Shown: positions 43,744 through 53,943 of the stretch, in pieces
Position numbering within the stretch: position 1 is the first letter of the stretch
Layout of the letters: each line of letters opens with the position of its first letter
Notes under the pieces: model-generated
Database searches by the model: none
What the model saw: the letters and a program-made list of their open reading frames with translations, nothing else
Told to the model about the DNA's origin: nothing
Position numbers and translations under genes: made by a program
Source of the DNA: Methanobacteriota archaeon
Lineage (GTDB): Archaea; Halobacteriota; Bog-38; Methanoflorentales; Methanoflorentaceae
Reading direction: 5' to 3'
Assembly: GCA_963720465.1 (NCBI GenBank)
Contig: OY970393.1
Span: 1,248,001-1,312,000, forward strand
Length of the DNA: 64,000 bases

Positions 43744-44965
43744 ATGTCGCCCGATAAATCGAAAGCGCAGAGTGCTAAGGGCAACGCCCGAATGCGGATT
43801 TGTTTTGTCTCTCCTTATCCGCCCAAATTTGGTGGCGTTGCGACCTATTCGCACGAACTCATCGAAGGCATCAAGAAGCGCGGGCACACGGTTTACGTTG
43901 TTTGCAACCCGGATCTCGATACGGGAGGGCATGGTGGGCAGGAGAATGTTTTTTCCGGCGATGGATACGCAGAAAGCGGGCTGGCCTCAGGACGTTCTTG
44001 ACGTCATCAACAAGCTGAACCCAGATGCTGTACATATCCAACACGAATACGGTCTTTACGATATCGACGGCAGACTTAGCACTGATCTGCTTGACCTTCT
44101 CGTGCGGTTGAACCTCCTCAGAATCCCCACCGTCGTGACATATCATTCAGTGTACAGCACCCTCGGCGACAAGGAGCATGTCTTCATGAACCTGAGTTTG
44201 CAGCTAATTGATGCCGGGATCGTGCACGAAGAGCTCCAAAAGATCTTTCTGCCGGCGAATTTGGGCTGGGTGCCCCAGAACGTCACCGTCATACCGCACG
44301 GAGCGGAAGTGCTAGAAGCAGGCGGCGTGCCTGACGTCGTCGAGTCGAAAAAAGAGTACGGTCTTCAGGGTAAGGACGTCGTCATGTGTTTGGGCTGGTG
44401 GGAAGAATACAAGCGCTTCGAAGATGTTGTCGAGATATGGCCGCAAGTCGTCCGCAACGTGCCTGACGCCGCTCTGGTGATCGCAGGGGATGCGCGGCCA
44501 GGGTCCCGGGGTGGAGTGCGCTACAAACCTACGTTGTTGAAGGCTGTGGATGACAGCCCTGCGAAGGATAGCATCATCGTCATCCAAGGTTCTTTCCATC
44601 CAAAGGAGTATCTAACGATTGAAAATGCTGCAGATATTGTTGTGTTACCTTACGAGCAAAGCAGTCAGTCAGGGGTGTTGGCTCACGCATTTTCGCTGGG
44701 CAAGCCTGCTGTCGTCACAGACGTTGGGGGCTTGCGGGCGGAAGTTGAGGCGAGCGGCGGAGGGGTCGTCGTTCCGCGGGGAGACTTGGAGCAGCTCAAG
44801 GAGTACATCGTGCTGCTGCTCTCCAACAGGCAGATTAGGGAACGGTACGCGCAACGGGCGTTGGCGTACGTAGAAAAACGAATTGGTTGGAAGTATGTGG
44901 CAGGGATGCACCAATCGCTTTATCTCTCGATAATCAAGAACAAGTCACGCGCAATTCGAGTGTAG
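43744..44965 (+). pseudogene. GT4 glycosyltransferase, 1-nt frameshift in a T-run at about 43950
   Basis: MRICFVSPYPPKFGGVATYS (ORF 43744) joins HIQHEYGLY...LPYEQSSQSGVLA...TDVGGL; likely sequencing slip. Confidence 0.85.
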
Positions 44966-45122
44966 TGCAGGCGAAGCAACCCGTCGCCTTGGAACTATGC
45001 GATTCAACTTTTTTCCAGCACGAACGCTCCAAAAAAGGGTTTTTCCGACGTAAGGTCTGCTTTTGTGCGAGGAAGGTTTATCGAAGCTTAGTGTTAGGTT
45101 CGCATAGCAGGAAGGTGAGTAC

Positions 45123-46226
45123 ATGGCAGTTAAAGTCGTGGTAAATGGGTACGGAAACATCGGCAAGCGCGTCGCTGACGCAGTGGCAAAACAGGACGAC
45201 ATGAAACTCGTTGGCGTGTCGAAAACCCGCCCGAATTTTGAGGCATTCGTCGCGGCACAGAAGGGATACCCCTTGTACGTTGCTGAGGAAACGAGCATCG
45301 ATGCTTTTAACGCGGCAGGCTTGGAGGTAGCGGGCACGACAGCGGACATGCTCCGCGAAGCAGACGTAGTTGTCGATGCGACTCCCGAAGGAACGGGTGC
45401 GAAGAATCTCGAAAACCTTTATAAAAAGGCGGGCATTAAGGCCATTTTTGAGGGCGGCGAGAAGCACGCCGCGATAGGTGCTTCGTTCAATGCGTACTGC
45501 AACTACGAGACTGCGATTGGCAAGGACTACGTGCGGGTGGTATCCTGCAATACCACTGGGCTCTGCCGCACGCTCTATGCGGTGGACAAGCTAGCAGGCA
45601 TCAAAAAAGCAAGAGTGGTGCTTGTGCGAAGAGCGGCAGACCCCGTACAGGTCAAGAAGGGGCCGATCAATGCCATCATTCCAAACCCGCCAACGGTCCC
45701 GTCACATCACGGCCCTGACGTTAATACCGTGATGCCGCAGTGGGATATCACGACGATGGCGGTTTTGGTGCCGACCACGCTGATGCACCAACATAACGTC
45801 ATGATCGAAGTCGAGCGTCCGGTAACCAAGGAGGAGCTGCTGACGGAGTTCTACGGCTTGCGCCGCATCATGCTCGTGCGCGCGAGCGATGGCTTAGGAT
45901 CAACGGCTGAAATCATCGAGCTTGCGAGAGATATGGGGCGTCCGCGCTACGACTTATGGGAGATAGCGATCTGGGAGGAGAGCGTCAACGTTGTCGGCAA
46001 CGAAGTCTTCTATATGCAAGGTATTCATCAAGAGGCCGACATCGTCTTAGAGAACGTTGATTGTATTCGGGCAGTAGCAGGACTCGAGAAGGATCCGTGG
46101 AAATCGATCCGCAAGACCGATGAAGCCGTGGGGGTGACGGGCTCACTTCGCCCTCCTCAGTGTCTTGCTGACAAGCCTGAAGTCTTGAGAGAGATACACT
46201 ACAAAGCGTGGGGTGTCGAGAAATAA
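45123..46226 (+). CDS. gap: archaeal type II glyceraldehyde-3-phosphate dehydrogenase
   Basis: [46 protein letters not shown]. Confidence 0.96.
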   Translation: MAVKVVVNGYGNIGKRVADAVAKQDDMKLVGVSKTRPNFEAFVAAQKGYPLYVAEETSIDAFNAAGLEVAGTTADMLREADVVVDATPEGTGAKNLENLYKKAGIKAIFEGGEKHAAIGASFNAYCNYETAIGKDYVRVVSCNTTGLCRTLYAVDKLAGIKKARVVLVRRAADPVQVKKGPINAIIPNPPTVPSHHGPDVNTVMPQWDITTMAVLVPTTLMHQHNVMIEVERPVTKEELLTEFYGLRRIMLVRASDGLGSTAEIIELARDMGRPRYDLWEIAIWEESVNVVGNEVFYMQGIHQEADIVLENVDCIRAVAGLEKDPWKSIRKTDEAVGVTGSLRPPQCLADKPEVLREIHYKAWGVEK

Positions 46227-46253
46227 GCCTTGCGCCATCCTGAGGTGTGCGTT

Positions 46254-46859
46254 ATGGAAAAACCTGCGGACAATAGGTACCCGATTCACGACCTCTTCAA
46301 GCGACGCTGGAGTCCTCGTGCTTTCGCAGAGCGACTGGTTGAGCACGAGAAGCTGAGGAGCCTTTTCGAAGCGGCGCGCTGGGCCCCTTCCGCGTTAAAT
46401 GCACAGCCGTGGAGCTTCATAGTGGCGACCAAGGAAGATATGAGCGGATACGACCGCGTGTTCAATTGCATGCCCGCCGCGAACCAACGCTGGGCGCATC
46501 TCGCGCCCGTCCTAGTGCTCACCGTGACGAATTTGTATAATCCAAACACAAGAAAGCCTAATCGATTCGCGCGCTATGATATCGGCTTGGCAGTCGAGAA
46601 CCTGGTGCTGCAGGCTACTGCATTGGGGCTTTTCTGCCATCAGACTGGCGGAGTGAACGTTGAGAAAGCAAGAACCGAGTTCAACATCCCCGATGGATAT
46701 GAACCTGTTGACATTATTGCTATAGGATATTTGGGAGGCGTTGACAGGCTTCCCGACGACCTTCGTGAACCGGAGCTTGGACAGCGAATGCGTAAGCCCA
46801 TAACGGATTTCGTGTTCTCCGACCGTTGGGGCAAGGTATCTCAACTGGTGATTGAATAG
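46254..46859 (+). CDS. nitroreductase family protein
   Basis: RWSPRAF, EAARWAPSALNAQPW, IAIGY. Confidence 0.92.
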   Translation: MEKPADNRYPIHDLFKRRWSPRAFAERLVEHEKLRSLFEAARWAPSALNAQPWSFIVATKEDMSGYDRVFNCMPAANQRWAHLAPVLVLTVTNLYNPNTRKPNRFARYDIGLAVENLVLQATALGLFCHQTGGVNVEKARTEFNIPDGYEPVDIIAIGYLGGVDRLPDDLREPELGQRMRKPITDFVFSDRWGKVSQLVIE

Positions 46860-47003
46860 CGTGAATTAGTTGCTGTTGCTCACAGCTTGCGTTGCGCCCG
46901 TCGCCGAATGATATTCCCCACTGCAGCAAAACTGCTACCAGCGTACTCGAAGCGCGGTGCAATTATTTATAAAAGTGATGTATAGGCCATAGAGAGGTAT
47001 TAA

Positions 47004-47138
47004 ATGGCGCAGTGGGAGTGCACGGTGTGCGGCTGGATCTATGATGAAGATGTTGAAGGGATTCCGTTTGAAGAGCAGCCTGATGATTACACGTGCCCAG
47101 CGTGCGGGGTGCCTAAATCCTTCTTTGAGAAGCTTTGA
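47004..47138 (+). CDS. rubredoxin (44 aa, missed by the ORF track)
   Basis: MAQWECTVCGWIYDED...PDDYTCPACGVPKSFFEKL; SD GAGGT. Confidence 0.93.
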   Translation: MAQWECTVCGWIYDEDVEGIPFEEQPDDYTCPACGVPKSFFEKL

Positions 47139-47270
47139 CTTTCGATACGCCTTTCGATGTGAAGTCTGAAAAAATCGCGGATGCCAGTCGGTCCCATTTT
47201 TTGCCGATGTTTTACCACTGCTGCTTCCAGCTGTTGCTGACAGCGATCAACTCGACCTGGAGACGAGCCG

Positions 47271-48647
47271 ATGTTGTCTGAACATTACGATTTCATAATT
47301 CTAGGCGGTGGAACAGCGGGATTTGCGGCGGCGCACACTGCAGATCGGCAGCGCGCACGCACGTTGATGGTAAATGACGATGCCGTGGGCTTTGCCGGCA
47401 CATGCGTCAACGTTGCGTGCATTCCAACTAAGCATTTGCTCTACGCCGCTGAACTCGTTTACAGAATTCGCGAGCACCGCTATCCGGGATTAAACTCATC
47501 CGTTTCGATTGACTTTCGAAAACTGATCGAAGCTAAAAACCGGCTCGTGGAGACGCTTCGAGATAAAGACCGGGCACTGCTAAGAACTATGTCTCACGTC
47601 TCATATGCGGTCGGCACGGGGAAATTCGTCTCGAAAACCGAGCTGCAAGTGAACGGCGAGACGTATACGTCAGACCGATTCCTCATTGCCACAGGGTCAT
47701 CACCTTCTATTCCCAATGTCACAGGATTGAGCGACCTTGATTACCTCACGAACGTCGAGGCGTTGAACTTGCGCAAGTTGCCTACGTCACTGATTATCAT
47801 CGGCGGCGGGTCGGCGGGAGCAGAGTTTGCACAGATGTTTTGCCGTTTTGGAACTCGTGTCTGCGTGCTGCAACGTGCTGATAGGATTGTTCCCAGAGAG
47901 GAGCCAGAGCTCTCTGCACTCTTGGCAAGGTGCTTGTCGAACGATGGAGTCGAAATCTACCAGAGCGTGCAGGTCACAGGGGCAGAGGCTAAAGGACGCG
48001 AGAAGAAGATTACGGCTATTGTTGAGGGAGCTAAACGTGTCTTTAGCGCGGAACAAGTGCTTGTTACGACAGGGCGACATCCAAACACCGGAGGGTTAGG
48101 GTTGGAAAACCTCGGCGTTACGCTCGGGAGCGGCGGGGAAATCGTCACGGACGGCCGAATGCGCGCAACCGATAACGTATGGGCAGCCGGAGACGTCACA
48201 GGCGAGCCGATGCTGGAATCCATTGCCGCTAAACAGGGTTGGGTCGCTGCGACAAACGCGCTCGCGTTGGTCCGGACCAGCGCGAAGATGGACTACGGAG
48301 TTGTCCCGCACGCTATCTTCACAGATCCGCAACTAGCTAGCGTAGGCATCACTGAACAAGAGGCACTCGAATCAGGTATTCGTGCCAAGAGCGCTGTCGT
48401 GCCGCTCGGTCGCATAGCCAAAGCGCAGGTGATCAACGATTCGCGAGGAGCGATTAAAATCGTCGCCGAGGAGGGCTCACAAAGAATCCTTGGAGTGCAC
48501 CTGCTCGCACCTCAGGCGGCAGATCTGCTCCATGAGGGAGTCATGATCGTCAAGAATGGCATGACCGCTGAGGATGTGATTGACACCCTCCACGTTTTTC
48601 CCACGCTGTCCGACGCGTTCAAAATGGCCGCCCGCGACCTCGAGTAG
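47271..48647 (+). CDS. pyridine nucleotide-disulfide oxidoreductase, MerA/lipoamide dehydrogenase-like
   Basis: GGGTAG, CVNVACIPTK, ATGS, WAAGDVTG, HVFPTLS; no C-terminal Cys-Cys. Confidence 0.88.
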   Translation: MLSEHYDFIILGGGTAGFAAAHTADRQRARTLMVNDDAVGFAGTCVNVACIPTKHLLYAAELVYRIREHRYPGLNSSVSIDFRKLIEAKNRLVETLRDKDRALLRTMSHVSYAVGTGKFVSKTELQVNGETYTSDRFLIATGSSPSIPNVTGLSDLDYLTNVEALNLRKLPTSLIIIGGGSAGAEFAQMFCRFGTRVCVLQRADRIVPREEPELSALLARCLSNDGVEIYQSVQVTGAEAKGREKKITAIVEGAKRVFSAEQVLVTTGRHPNTGGLGLENLGVTLGSGGEIVTDGRMRATDNVWAAGDVTGEPMLESIAAKQGWVAATNALALVRTSAKMDYGVVPHAIFTDPQLASVGITEQEALESGIRAKSAVVPLGRIAKAQVINDSRGAIKIVAEEGSQRILGVHLLAPQAADLLHEGVMIVKNGMTAEDVIDTLHVFPTLSDAFKMAARDLE

Positions 48648-48841
48648 GGCTGAACAAAACGTAATATCTGTCTGATTCAGCCGCATCGCATTCGGTTTCT
48701 TTCTGCATTGAAAGGATGATTTAGTGATCGAAAAGCCTCTGAGAGGCTGGTGCTCTTCGCCCTCAACTAAACCAATGAGGCATGATGCTAAATGTTCAGC
48801 TGCGTAGTCCAACTGCTTCTCGGTGGGGATGCAATGAACAG

Positions 48842-49288
48842 TCACTCGGCGTGAAGCTGCCGCTCTCGCGCAGTGTCGAAAGCCGTGCTCATCTCGTCAA
48901 TCTCGGCCAGTGAGAAATAGGTGGGCATATGGGGTATCAAAAGGGTCTCCTCCTTATTCCAATGGACTACGATGATCTCTCTGAATGGTCGGAGCCGGTG
49001 GCGCCACAATTTGAAGCCCCATCCTGACAGCTCCAAATCATCGAGAAGGATGATCATCGCCCTGTGTTCTTCAGTTAGGTCGAGCGCCATGTCCTTCAGC
49101 TCTTTTCTAGTCAGCATCGCCGGGAAGAGTACTTCTTCTTCAGCGACGTGGTGGGCGTAGAGTATCCGTCTAAAATGCGGAAGCAACTGCTTCCTCAGCT
49201 CCACCTCTTTTTCGCTGGTGTTTTCCATTCTCAGAAGGACACGCCTGAATTCGTCATGATCCGCTTTTATAGCCTCACCGATTTTCAT
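48842..49288 (-). CDS. hemerythrin-domain protein
   Basis: DHDE, AHHVAEEEVLFP, EEHRA, HWNKEE. Confidence 0.85.
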   Translation of the reverse strand: MKIGEAIKADHDEFRRVLLRMENTSEKEVELRKQLLPHFRRILYAHHVAEEEVLFPAMLTRKELKDMALDLTEEHRAMIILLDDLELSGWGFKLWRHRLRPFREIIVVHWNKEETLLIPHMPTYFSLAEIDEMSTAFDTARERQLHAE

Positions 49289-49378
49289 TTCAAATCACCT
49301 CAAAACACGCTACCTCAAAATGTGCAACGCACAAGGCTTTTCCAGCTTACCGAAAAGAGTGAAAGCGTCGCTCATTTA

Positions 49379-49750
49379 TTAAAATTTTAGCCCTGATTCG
49401 GTCGGAATGAGTTCTTGTAACACCTCTTTGAGCACTGTAACGTTGTTATATTTCTCCTCGCGCGATGCGTAAACAAGGGTGATGTCCCTTCCGGCGGCGT
49501 CAGCTAAAAGCTTCTCGAGCAATTGTGTTTTAGCTTTGAGTTCAGCCCTGTAGCGCCTTTCAAATACAGGCCATTTTTCGGGATCGTGTCCAAACCATTT
49601 GCGCAGCTCGGTGGTTGGAGCGATATCTCTTAACCATTCGTCGACATGGACCTCTTCCTTGCTGATCCCTCGTGGCCATAGTCGATCAGCGAGAATTCTA
49701 AATCCATCGCTCGGTTCTGCCTGCTCGTATACTCTTTTGAGCTTAATCAT
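49379..49750 (-). CDS. DUF488 (YeaO-like) protein
   Basis: IKLKRVYE...DRLWPRG...APTTELRKWFGHDPEKW. Confidence 0.92.
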   Translation of the reverse strand: MIKLKRVYEQAEPSDGFRILADRLWPRGISKEEVHVDEWLRDIAPTTELRKWFGHDPEKWPVFERRYRAELKAKTQLLEKLLADAAGRDITLVYASREEKYNNVTVLKEVLQELIPTESGLKF

Positions 49751-49970
49751 CGTCCTGATTGTACAATGTGCCTGATGCTGGCCGTTTTTGCGTCACGTAC
49801 AACATGCCCAAATTGAGTCGCGCGTCATCGTGTCCTCGTGTCGCAGGATCTGGTTACGCGGGTTTTTTATGACGCACCGCAGCGATAAATGTATTGTTTA
49901 CAATTGCGGTTCTACAAACACTCTCAACAACATACGTGCGCGTGCTGTTGCTAGATGAAGCCTGCTCTGA

Positions 49971-50438
49971 CTAGTGTAAAAATAGCAATACCAGTGTTAA
50001 AACGGCTAAGATGATAAGTGCCAGTATGCCCCACTTTTGCCACGGATAGAGTTTATCTGAGCTTGTCGCCAACGCGGCGGTGCTCGCGGCTACGCCGTCA
50101 ATACCTTTTTGCTGTTGCTCTTGAACCTCTGAGAGATGATGCAACTCATCGAAAATCCCCTTTTGAACGGCGTCGCGCTCTTCTTGCTCCCTGCGCCTTG
50201 CCTCTTGTTCCCTGAGCTGTGCCTCCCTTGACTCCTCAAACATTTTATCCAGCGCTCTCGCCTCTGACATCAACACTTCGTTCGGGTCAGGGAATCTGGG
50301 CAAGGAAATCCCTTGCGCGATTGCTTCTACAATATCATGCTGTTCTTTTTTCTTTTTGCGTTCTGACGTGTTTAGACCCAATAATGTGTCGTCTTGAGAG
50401 GTATAATTATCTTTGTTGTTCACTAATACCAACCCCAA
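49971..50438 (-). CDS. hypothetical coiled-coil protein with C-terminal membrane anchor
   Basis: E/Q/R-rich helix and a hydrophobic C-terminus; start uncertain. Confidence 0.5.
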   Translation of the reverse strand: MGLVLVNNKDNYTSQDDTLLGLNTSERKKKKEQHDIVEAIAQGISLPRFPDPNEVLMSEARALDKMFEESREAQLREQEARRREQEERDAVQKGIFDELHHLSEVQEQQQKGIDGVAASTAALATSSDKLYPWQKWGILALIILAVLTLVLLFLH

Positions 50439-50480
50439 TTTAACAACCCACTTTTAACAACTCTGTTTTAACAACCCTAG
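50439..50480. repeat. 3 x 14-bp tandem direct repeat (TTTAACAAC core)
   Basis: TTTAACAACCCACT / TTTAACAACTCTGT / TTTAACAACCCTAG at 50439, 50453, 50467. Confidence 0.8.
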
Positions 50481-50782
50481 ATTTGACAGAACCGTTTATC
50501 TGCATATTGATGAATCAGGAGACCTTGTCGTCCGCTTTAGCTGTGGGCGCAACCAAAGCTTCACATTTTAGATGGCGTCGTCTACATCAGGCGGAGGTAA
50601 AAAAGCGTTCTAGCCTCAAGAGTTCTGCGACTATAAATGCGATAGAAGTAAAAAGTGAAGGAAGCGCGAAACGTGGGCAACGCTTACACATTAAACACTT
50701 TCTTCGTGAAGCCCGCCCTTTAGGTATTCTTTCCTCGTGAATGCTTTTTAATCCTCATTGTTTTAGTTAAATAGGCGACCCT

Positions 50783-51318
50783 ATGGCCGACGAAGAAAAA
50801 CGCAATGAGAAACGACTAGTGCGGAGATACTGGAGACATATGTTACGAGAAAGGCCGAGATATGTCAGCTGGTGGTGGGCTCCGCCAGAGTCGATTGAAG
50901 AGATGCGCTGCATGATCGACGTGTTCCGCGATAACATGGATGACACCCTTGAACGTATTTTCCCCTCGGCTCCGTCGTTCCCTGAGCTTAAACAACCGCG
51001 GTCGACATCCTCGACCTAGGCGACGCTTTTCAAGTCGTTGCTGATATGCCTGGCGTGCATAAAGAAGATATTACAATCGATCTCACAGCGGAGCGAGTCG
51101 AGATTAACGCTGAGTCTAGCAAGGAAACCGAACCAAAAGAGGAAGAGTATACTTACCGCGAGCGCGGCTATGCGTCATACCGACGTGCGCTTGACCTGCC
51201 TACCGACGTGCAACCGGACAAGGCAGAAGCGTCCTTTAAGAACGGCGTGCTTGAGCTTAATTTGCCAAAGAAGGAGCCTACTGAAATAGAAAAGAAAACG
51301 CGAGTGACGATCAAGTAG
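50783..51318 (+). pseudogene. small heat-shock protein Hsp20, 1-nt frameshift at about 51000
   Basis: N-terminus in ORF 50783; QP(A)VDILDLGDAFQVVADMPGV...RER..ASFKNGVLELNLPK in the shifted frame. Confidence 0.85.
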
Positions 51319-51392
51319 CTTAATTTCCATATTTGCAAGCGGATAGACTGGCTGAGATGAGACCGCATGAAAAAGATGTCATAAAGTCGAAT

Positions 51393-51884
51393 CTATCCTT
51401 TACCAGTATGCTTTTCTTTCTCAGAGTGATTAATAACCTCTATTAGTTTATTAATAAAACCGATTTGTCCTTTTATGATTTTTCTCTTAGCTAGCTCAAT
51501 GTCGAACCAACCAGCTTTGTCGGCCTCTGGAATCTCCTGTATTTTCCCGGAGTTTTTTGGCCACTCATAAGTAATCGTATTACTCACAAAATTCGTTATA
51601 TCGAGATCTTTTTCGAGAGCCCATACGTGTACTATCTTTACGCTGGATTGATGTAACTCTCCCAAATCAATAAACTCGCCATCAACTTCAACTCCTGTTT
51701 CTTCTTTAAATTCTCTTTTTGCCGTGTCCAGGGGATTTTCATTCTCTTCGGGCAGCCCTTTAGGTATCGACCACACGCCATCGTCCTTATTTGCCCAAAA
51801 TGGCCCACCCGGGTGAACAAGCATCACCTTAAGTTTCTCATTCCTGAACCTGAATAAAAGAATGCCGGCGCTAAACGTAGTCAT
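51393..51884 (-). CDS. NUDIX hydrolase
   Basis: SAGILLF, VHPGGPFW, WSIPKG...AKREFKEETG. Confidence 0.9.
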   Translation of the reverse strand: MTTFSAGILLFRFRNEKLKVMLVHPGGPFWANKDDGVWSIPKGLPEENENPLDTAKREFKEETGVEVDGEFIDLGELHQSSVKIVHVWALEKDLDITNFVSNTITYEWPKNSGKIQEIPEADKAGWFDIELAKRKIIKGQIGFINKLIEVINHSEKEKHTGKG

Positions 51885-52129
51885 TTTCTATTTCCCCCAA
51901 GCTCTCTTGCGCTTTGCTAGAGTTAATACCTTAGCACATTTTAATCAAATAGCTTAAGAATCAAAGCTTGCCGGTGCCCAACACTGCATGTAAATATCAT
52001 ATACCGGCTCAGGCCTCGGACTCTTGTAAAATCGCCAATCCACCCCGTTCACACCGTGGGACACCGTTGGTTAATATGTAATTCTTGTTTGATTGATCCG
52101 ACTGTAGTATATGCTGCTCGCAAAATTTC

Positions 52130-52470
52130 CTTAGATCTCCATTTACGATGCGAGCGCCGCATGTCGGCACTGAAGATTCTATACGCGTCTCCCATCCTTG
52201 GTGAAGTTCTCGTTCAAGCTCACTGCATGCTGATCTGGGTGGGATAAAATATCTGGATAAGCGGCGTCAATTGTCGGCCGGAGCTCTCGATGTCTGGGAT
52301 TATGACCATAACGTCCTCTCCCCAAGCTCTTCCCGCGTGTAGCCAAAGAACCTCGCGCCATAATCGTAGATGAATGTGATTATGCCTGCTGGATCGACGG
52401 TGCAGATGATGCTACTTGCAGTCTCCACAAGAGTGCGATATTTCTGCTCGTCTTCTTCAGCTTGGCGGCT
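52130..52470 (-). pseudogene. PAS-domain sensor remnant
   Basis: EQKYRTLVETASSIICTVDPAGIITFIYDYGARFFGYTREEL...LNENFTKDGRRV*, with slips. Confidence 0.7.
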
Positions 52471-52594
52471 GCCCAGAATGCGAGAGTCAACCGCAGGGCC
52501 TTTGCGGACACATATTTCTAGCCAAAGTAAAGCAACAAACTAGACTCCAGAAACCGCACAAAGCGCGGCATACTTTCTTGCTACCACGTACATC

Positions 52595-52768
52595 ATGAGC
52601 GAAAATGAAATGACGAAAAGACAGGAACGCACAAGCCTTAACGTCAGCGTGGAGATACGCGATATGCTAGTCGAGTTGCTCTACGAGCTGCAAGCAGCGA
52701 AAAAAAGGCAATGCACGCAGGATGACGTTATTCGGTTTTTAGTGGAATTTTATCTCGAGCGAGCGTAG
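52595..52768 (+). CDS. 57-aa ribbon-helix-helix-like protein (missed by the ORF track)
   Basis: RTSLNVSVEIRDMLVELL...TQDDVIRFLVEFY strand-helix-helix pattern. Confidence 0.6.
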   Translation: MSENEMTKRQERTSLNVSVEIRDMLVELLYELQAAKKRQCTQDDVIRFLVEFYLERA

Positions 52769-53203
52769 TTGAAAGCAATTAACACCATCGCAGTGGAAGC
52801 TATGCTTACGCCACAACCATCAGAGAAAACTGTCGCGAGCTGGGTGCAGGGGTTCTATTCCCAAGAAGCGCGTAATTCATGATCGCTTTTTTCTGACACC
52901 TCACTGTAGTTTGACTTTCGCACGTACTTGACCCGCGATCAACCGTTTAAAACGCAGTTGTCTTGTAGCTTCTACTGTTTCTGTCGTATAACATAGGTAA
53001 GTGGGGGCTGTGGCTTTTGACCTCTCGTACTTGGTAAGATTTAACCCAAAGCCTAGCTCCTGCGGTAACTCTTATGTCGCACTGTCAAAACTCAAGCTTG
53101 CAACACCACGACGGCTTCTCCTTACGGGCAGTGGTGTCGCAAACTGCCGCGGTCCGTTCATGGCCGCGGCTCAAGCTTGACCCTTGAACTAAAACTAAGC
53201 GAA

Positions 53204-53551
53204 ATGATAACTCAAGAAGAGTTAGAGGTTAAGCCTGCCGATGAAGCGTTTTTAGCGTCCGATCCGCTCTATCGCGAGTACAAGGAAGCGCAGATGCGTG
53301 TTCCGAAGTACAAGCAGCTTGGCGTGAAGCTGTACGTCTTGCTGCGCGACGAACAGCTGGAGTTCCTCGCCAAGCTGACACGAGACATCATGAAGAACAG
53401 GACGTCTGAATATAAGACCGAGCGAATTACAAAGAATACAATCTTGAGAGCGCTTATCGACAACTTGAAAGAGCTTGAGTTGGACGTCCGAAACATCCCG
53501 GATGAAGCTGAGCTTGCCAAGCGGATCTCTGAGGCGATAAGAGCCAAATAG
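53204..53551 (+). CDS. hypothetical protein resembling ParA-partner DNA-binding proteins
   Basis: VPKYKQL...LRDEQLEFLAKLTR...ERITKNTILRALID. Confidence 0.6.
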   Translation: MITQEELEVKPADEAFLASDPLYREYKEAQMRVPKYKQLGVKLYVLLRDEQLEFLAKLTRDIMKNRTSEYKTERITKNTILRALIDNLKELELDVRNIPDEAELAKRISEAIRAK

Positions 53552-53943
53552 GTCTGGCCTACAGACACAAGAAAGGTACAATCGTGTGGCTAAAAACGAA
53601 AATTGGGAAACACGTTAACGTAAAGAGTACGCAAGAGAGTGCCGAGTGGGACGGGGCCCTCGTCGAGGTTGGCTCCGCTGGTTTGACCATAATGATATTA
53701 AGACCGGCTTGACGTTCATCCCCCTGCATAGCATTTTTGCCGTGCACGTTTTGGAGACGTGAAACGTTTCGCAGGCTGAAGCTTGTAATTTTTAGGCGTT
53801 TTGGCGCTAGTCACGAGACAGCATACAATAAGGACTCCGCTTCGCCAACCGGTTGAGCTGATGATGCATGCCAGTAGTATGGCGCAACAGGTCATCGTGG
53901 CCTTGAGTAGGCGAGCTATGAACGCGGGAAAGGACGGGTGGCG

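Noticed and set aside
47271-48647. merA mercury resistance
   Set aside because: No C-terminal Cys-Cys, no NmerA domain and no neighbouring mer genes.
52790-53170. IS200/IS605 (tnpB) remnant
   Set aside because: Only vague end-like hairpins; I could not translate any RuvC or zinc-finger motif.
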